IMG/VR virus record: IMGVR_UViG_3300045988_066286
Strand: one strand, 5' to 3'
Length of the DNA: 19,886 nt
DNA from: a virus
Positions 13,078-19,886 of this stretch are shown one piece after another (positions within the stretch are counted from its first letter, which is position 1; each line of letters opens with the position of its first letter). Position numbers and translations under genes: made by a program. The notes beneath the pieces are model-generated. The model was not told the DNA's origin and searched no databases. It saw only the letters and a program-made list of their open reading frames with translations.

Positions 13078-13431
13078 ATGACTAGCAAAACCACAAATTA
13101 TAATCTTGAAAAGTATGACGCGACGGACGCGCCTAACCTTGAGGGGCAATACAACCGCTCGATGGACATTCTTGATACGACGTTGAAAACGCAGTCGGAT
13201 AGGATTGACGCCATTCCAACGCCGGAGTCGCTGCCGGAGGGATTGAGCGCGTTCGCCACCGCTCTCGGATTGAGCGCCGCTAACGCCAACGCGCTCGGCA
13301 CCGCGCTTAATCATTTCCTCAACCGTGTCCCCGCAACCAGCGGCGGACAGTACACCGTCAAAAACCTTAATGAGACGAAGGTCACTGCGGAAGGGCTGCC
13401 GTTCGTTTCCACTACACCGTCTGGAAAGTAA
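13078..13431 (+). CDS. Fibre/appendage-family protein 1 (117 aa) with shared N-terminal anchor motif
   Basis: GGAAGGA SD. The N-terminus NYNLEKYDATDAPNLEGQYNRSMDILDTTL aligns with the N-termini of the two following ORFs. Confidence 0.65.
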   Translation: MTSKTTNYNLEKYDATDAPNLEGQYNRSMDILDTTLKTQSDRIDAIPTPESLPEGLSAFATALGLSAANANALGTALNHFLNRVPATSGGQYTVKNLNETKVTAEGLPFVSTTPSGK

Positions 13432-13436
13432 CAATC

Positions 13437-13619
13437 ATGGCAGACAGTCAGCAGACCACGCCAGTGGACTCCGCCGCATACGACGTGACACGGCATTTTG
13501 GACTACCGCTTTATAATGACGTAACACCAATGGACATGCGCGACGGATATAATCGCTCCATGCGCATGATCGACCAAATTCTCAACCAACTGCAAACTCA
13601 GATTCGAGAAAAGGATTAA
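13437..13619 (+). CDS. Fibre/appendage-family protein 2 (60 aa): anchor motif only
   Basis: HFGLPLYNDVTPMDMRDGYNRSMRMIDQIL aligns with the neighbouring ORFs. GGAAAG SD. Confidence 0.55.
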   Translation: MADSQQTTPVDSAAYDVTRHFGLPLYNDVTPMDMRDGYNRSMRMIDQILNQLQTQIREKD

Positions 13620-13624
13620 CATAA

Positions 13625-15538
13625 ATGGCTACAGTATACACGAAAACCGACAATTACGGCCTGAACCTCTACGGGGACAATGACCCAGCCGATTTAAGGG
13701 ACGGCTACAATGGCAGCATGCGCACCATTGACGATACGCTCGAAAAGCACCTTAACCGCATCGAGGGCGTGGAGTCGCGTGAAACGCACGACGAAGAAGT
13801 AGTCAAAGCACTGATCGGCGATAACACGGTTGACAGCGCCACCGCATCGAAAGCCAAATGGGATAAATCGATTACAGACGCCGCAGCCGCAACCGCCGCC
13901 GCCACAGCCGCAGCAGGTAAGGCGGACAACAATACCGCGATTCTCGCCGCACTCGGCGCGGACTCCACCAGCCACGCCGCCGCCACAAAGACGAAATGGG
14001 ATAAAGCGGTGGATACGGCCAATGGCAACACTCAGTCGTTGACCGCGCTCGGCAGCAACACCACCGCCACCGCCGCCGCAAATAAGACCAAGTGGGATAA
14101 TGCCGCCGCCCGAGTCGAGGAACTTGCAGTCGCGCGCGTGGACAGTAAGCTTGATTCGCGCTTCATCATCCACGCGCACCGCGGCTCCTACCGTTTCCCC
14201 GAAAACACTATGGAGGGCATCATGTGGGCGGTACGTCACGGATACGTCCCCGAAATCGACGTGCAGCTCACGTCTGACGGCGTGCCGGTCATTCTTCACG
14301 ACACTTCCACCGCCCGCACCATGACGGGGACGGCGGCCAACGTATCCTCTATTACCTATGCGGACTTTATGAGCCGTGAAGTCAAGGCGAAAGTGCATGG
14401 TGGTGATACCGGCAAGCCGGTGAGCATGGAGCAGGTGCTTCAAGCTGTGGGCGATAGTCCGGTTGATTTTGAAATCAAGTCATTGAACAACGCAACCACC
14501 GACGCAATGCTAGAACTGCTCAAAAAGTATAACGCCACCGCAATTCACGAATTGACCTCATTCAGTTGGGAACAGTGTGTCCGCGCCGTGCAAGGGGGTA
14601 TAAAATACGTTTCGTGGACGTGGGATGTAGACGCCATGCCGCACTCTTGGACGGATATGAAGAATGCCGGTATTTTCTGCGGCAATCCACGTGAAGACAA
14701 ACTCACTTCTTCGATGGTCAGTGCCGCGCATTCGGCTGGCGTCAAAATTAATCCGTGGTTGATTAACGACCCCGTTGCATATGAGCGTATTTCTGCGCTC
14801 GGGGTGGATGGTATCACGTCCAATTGGCCGGATTATGCGACAAAACAGATGTGTCGCAACTTCACGCCGTTCAGTACCGGCGAAAATACTTTTATCCGTC
14901 CGACACGTTTCCAAGCGTATGGACAGCAAGCGTATGTTGACGTTTCGGACGCGGATAGGGCTAAAAGCACGTATCTTGCACCGGACGGACTGTTCCAGCT
15001 CGGTGACGCGGATGGGCAGATGGCTGTTGAACTTGTCGAGGTTGGACAGGTGACTTTGCCGGTGTCAATCGATCTCGAAGGCTTCATGTCCCGCGTGCAG
15101 ACTGGTACGGCTGGAGATACGCGCAATATTGCAGTAGTGGCCGTCAAAGAAAGCACGGATATTGAACCGTGGGAGGATAACAAGAAGGCTGGACAGGTTG
15201 GCATTATCGCAGGCGTACGCCGTAACGGTGCCACCTTCGGCGGTTTTTATCGAGACAATAGAGACACTGTGCCTTTTGACTCGACCGACACCAAGACGCC
15301 CGCTGTCGGCAATAACGATAGTGTCGCCGTGCATGCGTCCTTCGTGCTTGACAAAGACCATGCACGAATCATTTGGGCCTACTCCAATGGGCAGAATGGC
15401 GACATAATCACGGGCAACAACAAAAACGTCACGCTGCCGGACGAAAAGTACAGGCTCTACTTGCGTGTCAACCGCAATTTTAAGAGCGCTTGGAAAATCA
15501 GGGTACGTTCCACTGACGGCTATCTCTATGAAAGCTAA
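13625..15538 (+). CDS. Tail fibre/appendage with glycerophosphodiester phosphodiesterase (GDPD) domain (637 aa)
   Basis: N-terminal anchor NYGLNLYGDNDPADLRDGYNGSMRTIDDTL. Three Ala-rich K.KWD repeats follow. The GDPD signature is HAHRGSYRFPENTMEGIMWAVRHGYVPEIDVQLTSDGVPVILHD...GVDGITSNWPD (about 14160-14840). There is a C-terminal domain of about 230 aa with unknown fold. Confidence 0.85.
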   Translation: MATVYTKTDNYGLNLYGDNDPADLRDGYNGSMRTIDDTLEKHLNRIEGVESRETHDEEVVKALIGDNTVDSATASKAKWDKSITDAAAATAAATAAAGKADNNTAILAALGADSTSHAAATKTKWDKAVDTANGNTQSLTALGSNTTATAAANKTKWDNAAARVEELAVARVDSKLDSRFIIHAHRGSYRFPENTMEGIMWAVRHGYVPEIDVQLTSDGVPVILHDTSTARTMTGTAANVSSITYADFMSREVKAKVHGGDTGKPVSMEQVLQAVGDSPVDFEIKSLNNATTDAMLELLKKYNATAIHELTSFSWEQCVRAVQGGIKYVSWTWDVDAMPHSWTDMKNAGIFCGNPREDKLTSSMVSAAHSAGVKINPWLINDPVAYERISALGVDGITSNWPDYATKQMCRNFTPFSTGENTFIRPTRFQAYGQQAYVDVSDADRAKSTYLAPDGLFQLGDADGQMAVELVEVGQVTLPVSIDLEGFMSRVQTGTAGDTRNIAVVAVKESTDIEPWEDNKKAGQVGIIAGVRRNGATFGGFYRDNRDTVPFDSTDTKTPAVGNNDSVAVHASFVLDKDHARIIWAYSNGQNGDIITGNNKNVTLPDEKYRLYLRVNRNFKSAWKIRVRSTDGYLYES

Positions 15539-15549
15539 TAGACTATCCT

Positions 15550-15594
15550 GAGTAATAGCCATGCCACTATAATGGTGTGGTATGGCTATTACTT
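15550..15594 (+). promoter_or_regulatory. 16-18-bp hairpin that sequesters the SD region and AUG of the tail-lysin gene
   Basis: 15552-15567 pairs with 15577-15592 (15 Watson-Crick pairs plus 1 G.U; extendable to 15550/15594). The 9-nt loop is TATAATGGT. The ATG at 15582-15584 is fully paired. TTTT follows the stem. Confidence 0.7.
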
Positions 15595-16805
15595 TTGATG
15601 ATTGGATCAGGCAGACTCAAGGCCGATTCTGGGACATGGACGGGGCGTACGGTGCCCAGTGCTGGGATTTGTGGGCCAAATATTGCATGGACTTGTACGG
15701 TGCTTCGGTGTCCGATTGCATCACGCCAACCGGCTACGCCGAAGGAAACTACACAAGGTTTCCGACTAACTCTAAGATGGCTGCTATTTTTGAAAAGAAA
15801 CCAGCCGATTATATACCGGTGAAGGGGGATGTGGCGTTTTGGAATTTCTCAAGCCAACACACCGGCTCACATGTCTCCATCGTAATGGAGGATGGCGTGC
15901 ACAACGGGCGTATCACCGTGTTGTCTCAAAACCCGAACCCCGCACAGCGCATGACGTTCGACCTAACCGCATTCCTAGGCTACCTTCACCCCAAGGCACT
16001 AGGCGAAGGTGGCGGCACGACGTCCACCGAAAAGAACCCCACCGGAGACAATAGCCACGGTTCCGCCGACTCCGCGCGCGGTGGCGCGTGGATACACTGG
16101 CAAGGCGACGATCTTTATTTGCACGAAAGCGATAACGCTGGAACGCGGACTCGCATTTTCTACCGCACGACGGCTAATAATTTTTTGGAAAAGGCGTCGC
16201 AATCGCAGCCGTCCAGCGATAACGGGCAGGCGCATCCATCTGTGTCTTTGTCGGCGGAGAACTCTTATGCTCTCTATGTGGTTGGCGCTGTGGAAGCTGG
16301 GTTGCGGTGGGATGCAGTGGAAGCGGCCAACTTGCAGGGTATTGGAATTGCTCAATGGAGTTTCGAGCGCCGCCTGCAAGTGCTGAACGCCATGAAAGCC
16401 GCCGACCCAACCGGATACAATGCGTTCAGAACCGCCGCACCTGAGATCGCCGCGCTTATGGAGTCGGGTGGTACGTTTAAGCGTTCGCTCACTTCAGCGG
16501 AAGCGGCCGCGTTCCGCACGTGGGCGGCACGCAGTGAGTCGCGTGATGGTCAACGCAAGCAGTTCGCGGAAGACTACGCGAGCTACCCTAAACAGTACGA
16601 TGACGCCAGGATGCAAATTCTTTGGGTTACTGCATATCACCAGTCGCCAGCGAACGCGCTCAAAGTGCCGAAAGCATCGAACCTCACACAACTGAAAAAC
16701 AACATTCTAAGCACGTTCCCCTTCGGCCCGTACACGACACGGTATAATCAGGCATTTTCGCTTTTAAGTGTTTGGGATGGCAAGTCTAATCCGCCAGCGT
16801 TCTAA
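15582..16805 (+). CDS. Tail-associated peptidoglycan hydrolase: N-terminal CHAP + C-terminal lysozyme-like domain (407 aa), gp13 position
   Basis: CHAP catalytic motif GAQCWDLW, with the ..HVSIV.. His region. The C-terminal EAG..GIGIAQWSFERR resembles the phage tail lysozyme family. It sits between the fibre and ATPase genes. Confidence 0.8.
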   Translation: MAITFDDWIRQTQGRFWDMDGAYGAQCWDLWAKYCMDLYGASVSDCITPTGYAEGNYTRFPTNSKMAAIFEKKPADYIPVKGDVAFWNFSSQHTGSHVSIVMEDGVHNGRITVLSQNPNPAQRMTFDLTAFLGYLHPKALGEGGGTTSTEKNPTGDNSHGSADSARGGAWIHWQGDDLYLHESDNAGTRTRIFYRTTANNFLEKASQSQPSSDNGQAHPSVSLSAENSYALYVVGAVEAGLRWDAVEAANLQGIGIAQWSFERRLQVLNAMKAADPTGYNAFRTAAPEIAALMESGGTFKRSLTSAEAAAFRTWAARSESRDGQRKQFAEDYASYPKQYDDARMQILWVTAYHQSPANALKVPKASNLTQLKNNILSTFPFGPYTTRYNQAFSLLSVWDGKSNPPAF

Positions 16806-16810
16806 AAGTG

Positions 16811-16819
16811 TGGTATACT
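16811..16819 (+). promoter_or_regulatory. Extended -10-like box TGgTATACT
   Basis: It lies directly after the tail-lysin stop codon. There is no good -35. Confidence 0.35.
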
Positions 16820-16882
16820 TAGTAACGGCGGTGGTTATGTGATGACCTTTCCCCATTGAATGGCCGCCGATGATAGATTGGC

Positions 16883-16924
16883 GGAGGGCGTGCGAGTCAT
16901 GGCGCACGCCCTCCACTAGCTTTT
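16883..16924 (+). terminator. 12-bp GC-rich hairpin (GGAGGGCGTGCG/CGCACGCCCTCC) followed by ACTAGCTTTT
   Basis: Stem 16883-16894/16903-16914 with an 8-nt loop. The T-run begins 6 nt after the stem, so this is not a textbook terminator. Confidence 0.55.
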
Positions 16925-16940
16925 AAGAAGGGTTGTAAGC

Positions 16941-18008
16941 ATGACATTACAGACGCTTGACGAGAGCGATTATTACGACCTACACAATCTGTTGACGCGG
17001 AACGCGCCGTGGAATTTCGTGATCGGCGCGCGCGGTTTAGGTAAGACGTTCGCCGCGAAACGGTATGGCATCAAGGAATATCTCAAGCACGGCCATGAGT
17101 TCATTTATCTGCGCCGTACGGACGTCGAACAGCATAGGAAAGAGACCTTTTTCAAGGACATCCAAGAGTTCTTCCCCCAGCACGAATTTCGTGTCAACGG
17201 CGAAAAAGGGCAGATTCATAAAACTACTTGGGACGAGAAGGATTGGCGGACATGTTGCTATTTTGTGGCGCTATCTCAGGCGGGCGGACTCAAGTCTGTG
17301 GCCTATCCTAAAGTACACTTGATTATCTTTGACGAGATCTTTCCAGACAATCTACGATTTCTGAGTAACGAAGTAAACAGTTTTTCAGAATTTTACAACA
17401 CCGTAGACAGGTGGCAGGATAGAACAAAAGTACTATTCCTATCGAACGCGGTGCAAAAAGCCAACCCATATTTTGCCAAGTACCGGCTTGACATTGGTGC
17501 GCAACAAGACAACCAACAACAATACAAGCTTTATTGCAGTGGTTTTATCTGTCTCGAACTAGCGGACTATGGCGGTTTTTCTACCAAAGTCGCCAAGTCA
17601 AAGTTCGGTAGATTTCTTGAGCAGTACGACGGCGACTATGCGGATTACGCGATTCGCAACAAGTTCCGTGACGAGTCAGACACTTTGATAGCGCCAATAC
17701 CCTCAGACGGCGAGCTGTCCTACGTTCTGGACACCACCGATTACGCGCGTTTCGGCATATGGATATCCGTGTCAGAACGAGACGGGCGTGTTTCACAATA
17801 TGTTTCACGACGCATTCCAAAAGACAACAACCGCCCCGTCTACACACTCGACCCAAACCACGTTGACGAAAAAACATGGTATGTCAAAAAGTCGGACGAT
17901 ATAATAAGGCGACTCACCACCGGATATCGACTTGGCAAAATACGATTCGATGACTCACAAGTCAAAGCAGATTTTGGCTTGATTATCGGAGAATTGCTAG
18001 GCAAGTAG
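16941..18008 (+). CDS. DNA encapsidation (packaging) ATPase, phi29 gp16-like (355 aa)
   Basis: NFVIGARGLGKTFAAKRYGIKEYLKHGHEFIYLRRT matches gp16 NFVIGARGIGKSYAMKVYPINRFIKYGEQFIYVRRY. The Walker B IIFDEIF, LSNA and NPYF are also present. Confidence 0.92.
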   Translation: MTLQTLDESDYYDLHNLLTRNAPWNFVIGARGLGKTFAAKRYGIKEYLKHGHEFIYLRRTDVEQHRKETFFKDIQEFFPQHEFRVNGEKGQIHKTTWDEKDWRTCCYFVALSQAGGLKSVAYPKVHLIIFDEIFPDNLRFLSNEVNSFSEFYNTVDRWQDRTKVLFLSNAVQKANPYFAKYRLDIGAQQDNQQQYKLYCSGFICLELADYGGFSTKVAKSKFGRFLEQYDGDYADYAIRNKFRDESDTLIAPIPSDGELSYVLDTTDYARFGIWISVSERDGRVSQYVSRRIPKDNNRPVYTLDPNHVDEKTWYVKKSDDIIRRLTTGYRLGKIRFDDSQVKADFGLIIGELLGK

Positions 18009-18023
18009 GAAGAAACAATAACA

Positions 18024-18389
18024 ATGAACACAGCAGACGTATGGTGCGCTATCGCAGTGACTTTCTTCATTACCACCGATTACGTCACCGGCGTGGCGAA
18101 AGCCATCATGCAGGACAATTTAAGCTCGAAAAAAATGCGTGAGGGATTAGGCCACAAGTTCGCCTATATAATCCTCACGTTGACAGCATGGTTTATCGAT
18201 GAAATTAACCTGCATGTTGACTTGGGACTTCCGATGTCCGTATTCGTTTGCACGGTTGGCGGAATTTGCTTGATTGAACTCACGTCGATTCTCGAAAATA
18301 TCACCGTGATCAATCCGGAGTTGGCGGACGCGCCATTCATGCAGATTTTCGCACAGAACAGCACCAAGCCAAGGCATAGCAACAAATGA
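18024..18389 (+). CDS. Holin (phage_holin_4_1 / TcdE-like family), 121 aa
   Basis: There are three hydrophobic segments. The D.vTG..KA motif and ELTSILENI motif are typical of this family. It lies upstream of the endolysin. Confidence 0.8.
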   Translation: MNTADVWCAIAVTFFITTDYVTGVAKAIMQDNLSSKKMREGLGHKFAYIILTLTAWFIDEINLHVDLGLPMSVFVCTVGGICLIELTSILENITVINPELADAPFMQIFAQNSTKPRHSNK

Positions 18390-18562
18390 ACAGAGTAGTA
18401 GCATTCGATATGCTCAGCATCCTAGCTATCATAGGGTGGTCAGCATATTGCCTATCGCGCCTTAAGACTGGGCAACGGTACCGTAAAGGAGCCGTCCAAC
18501 TCATGCTAGTCACCATAATACCGTGGCTCACAGCAGTACTATACCTAACTCAAACCATGTAA
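18386..18562 (+). CDS. Small 2-TM membrane protein (58 aa), possible second holin / antiholin component
   Basis: The ATGA overlap with the holin stop suggests coupling. Two hydrophobic helices are separated by RLKTGQRYRKG. This ORF is below the ORF-track cut-off. Confidence 0.5.
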   Translation: MNRVVAFDMLSILAIIGWSAYCLSRLKTGQRYRKGAVQLMLVTIIPWLTAVLYLTQTM

Positions 18563-18575
18563 AGGAGTAGGAAAA

Positions 18576-19223
18576 ATGAACATCCAAGAATGGATTAACT
18601 CAGTCAACGGCAAAACCATTGACGTAGATGAAGCGTACGGCGGACAATGTTGGGACTTATGGAGTTCCTACGCTCAATACGTCTACGGAATTCCGCGAGC
18701 CGACACGAACACCGTAGACGGATATGCAGCAAGCGTATACACTGCACGATATGACCGCTCTCGCGCATTGCAGAACGCTTTCACCAAAGAGTCAGCCAAC
18801 TATACGCCCGTCTACGGTGACGTGGCGTTTTGGAAACGCAGCGGCATGAACCATGTCGCCATCGTAGTGCGAGACAATGGCAATGGCACTCTACAGACCA
18901 TCAGCCAAAACCCCAACCGCGCCGGATACGTCAATATCGACAAAAGAGGTATCATAGGCTACTTTCACCCACGCAACAGCATCAACAATACCGACACTAC
19001 CGCACGCGCTTATCGAGTCAACGTTGACGTGCTTAACGTACGTTCGGCGCCAAGTGTTCACAGTCAGATCGTGGCACAATACCGTAAAGGACAGACAGTC
19101 AACCTCATGAGCGGCACCACCACAGCAGACGGGTACATTTGGGCGCACTACGTAGGTTGGTCAGGCAAAACCCGATATGTAGCGCTGAAAGCAGTGAACG
19201 GTACTACACAATACCTTGTATGA
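18576..19223 (+). CDS. Endolysin: N-terminal CHAP + C-terminal SH3b-type cell-wall-binding domain (215 aa)
   Basis: AAAGGAG SD. It has GGQCWDLW and ..HVAIV.. motifs. The C-terminal YRVNVDVLNVRSAPS..GYIWAHYVGWSGKTRYVA is SH3b-like. Confidence 0.88.
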   Translation: MNIQEWINSVNGKTIDVDEAYGGQCWDLWSSYAQYVYGIPRADTNTVDGYAASVYTARYDRSRALQNAFTKESANYTPVYGDVAFWKRSGMNHVAIVVRDNGNGTLQTISQNPNRAGYVNIDKRGIIGYFHPRNSINNTDTTARAYRVNVDVLNVRSAPSVHSQIVAQYRKGQTVNLMSGTTTADGYIWAHYVGWSGKTRYVALKAVNGTTQYLV

Positions 19224-19230
19224 TATAAGT

Positions 19231-19261
19231 AAAGCCCTTAGGTTATCGACCTAAGGGCTTT
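19231..19261. terminator. Bidirectional terminator between convergent genes
   Basis: A perfect 13-bp stem AAAGCCCTTAGGT/ACCTAAGGGCTTT with loop TATCG is flanked by T-rich sequence on both strands. Confidence 0.85.
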
Positions 19262-19271
19262 TCTTTATATA

Positions 19272-19529
19272 TCAGTCTCCGTCATTAATCGAAACGATGT
19301 ACTCGCGGCACGGACGTCCTTCCTTTGAACGGATTTTAGCGAGCATGTTGATATCGTAGTTATCACCCAAGAAAACCTCTACGATACCCGCAAGCGCACG
19401 ACGGAACGAAAGAGTAGAATTATCTTCCAGCCCATCGATGGAAGTAAAGCCACTCCAAACTCCCTCAATAGTCACCTCGTATCGATTATCCTTCTCGAAC
19501 TCGATAACATGTGCAGTAAAGTTAATCAT
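19272..19529 (-). CDS. Right-end early protein (85 aa), unknown function
   Basis: It starts at the ITR-borne ATG (19529), with the same promoter, UTR and SD as the gene at 358, but the protein is unrelated. A faint HicB/UPF0150-like pattern (Y.V.IEG...G..S.) is not trustworthy. Confidence 0.7.
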   Translation of the reverse strand: MINFTAHVIEFEKDNRYEVTIEGVWSGFTSIDGLEDNSTLSFRRALAGIVEVFLGDNYDINMLAKIRSKEGRPCREYIVSINDGD

Positions 19530-19609
19530 TTTATTTTCCTTTCCCTTGAACTTGATAACTACATCATAACACAAACAAAACAACGACACGCCCGAAAACA
19601 AAATGAAGC

Positions 19610-19646
19610 AAAAAAATAAAAGACAGCCACCGAACGGCCGATAGCT
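19610..19646 (-). terminator. Intrinsic-terminator-like hairpin + T-tract inside ITR-R
   Basis: Mirror of 241-277. Confidence 0.5.
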
Positions 19647-19684
19647 ACGGTTACGTTACCGTAACTTAGTCAAACACAGATTGT

Positions 19685-19713
19685 TGTATATACAACCATT
19701 GACACAGTGTCAA
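19685..19713 (-). promoter_or_regulatory. Inward-facing ITR promoter (P-in), right copy
   Basis: Mirror of 174-202. Confidence 0.45.
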
Positions 19714-19746
19714 TAAAAAAAAACGACACGCCCGAAATAAAAAAAC

Positions 19747-19775
19747 TTGACAGGCAAGCGCAAAAAAAATATAAT
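19747..19775 (+). promoter_or_regulatory. Perfect consensus promoter facing the right genome end (ITR copy)
   Basis: TTGACA 19747-19752, 17-nt spacer (ggcaagcgcaaaaaaaa), TATAAT 19770-19775. The predicted start is near 19782, about 105 nt from the terminus. Confidence 0.6.
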
Positions 19776-19886
19776 AGAGGCGTAAACAAAACAAAGTGAC
19801 AACGAGATCACAGAACAAAAAAAAATAATACACAAATAAAAAAAACCACGTGGGAAAATCTTCACACACACCCACACCCCTCCCAC

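Larger units (their letters stand above)
19526..19886. repeat. Right inverted terminal repeat (ITR-R), 361 bp
   Basis: Mirror image of 1-361 (position x pairs with 19887-x). It ends exactly after the shared ATG+A of the two terminal genes. Confidence 0.95.

Noticed and set aside
1-19886. I searched by eye for tRNA genes, CRISPR arrays, integrase/repressor or other lysogeny functions, and known defence or anti-defence systems.
   Set aside because: None was recognisable. The only repeats are the ITRs and the short motifs listed. The genome appears to be a strictly lytic, fully phage-devoted replicon.

Overview
This window is a complete linear genome (19,886 bp) of a small phi29-like, protein-primed podophage. 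Its lysis and cell-wall enzymes point to a Gram-positive host. It is bounded by 361-bp inverted terminal repeats (ITRs) with one mismatch. All genes are on the + strand except the last. Order: ITR-L with promoters; about ten small early genes, including three tandem paralogue pairs; a replication module (possible p6-like DNA-binding protein, p5-like SSB, terminal-protein candidate, family-B DNA polymerase); a structured 230-nt non-coding gap; a morphogenesis module (scaffold, BIG2-bearing major capsid protein, gp9-like tail knob, gp10-like portal, lower collar, coiled-coil protein, three fibre ORFs sharing one N-terminal module with the largest carrying a GDPD phosphodiesterase domain, and a CHAP + lysozyme-like tail lysin); a gp16-like packaging ATPase; a lysis cassette (holin, small membrane protein, CHAP-SH3b endolysin); one leftward early gene; ITR-R. 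I saw no tRNA, CRISPR, integrase or repressor, so it looks strictly lytic. The leads I rate highest are: (1) a promoter-to-terminator ~170-nt structured RNA candidate between the polymerase and scaffold genes, with the architecture expected of a phi29-type packaging RNA (pRNA); (2) ITRs that each hold a perfect consensus promoter firing outward toward the genome end, back-to-back with an inward promoter / small-RNA-like unit and a repeated 16-nt motif; (3) a shortened polymerase whose exonuclease motifs and motif C look degenerate; (4) three consecutive fibre ORFs with a shared N-terminal anchor. All homology statements are by-eye comparisons with remembered reference sequences and need computational confirmation.
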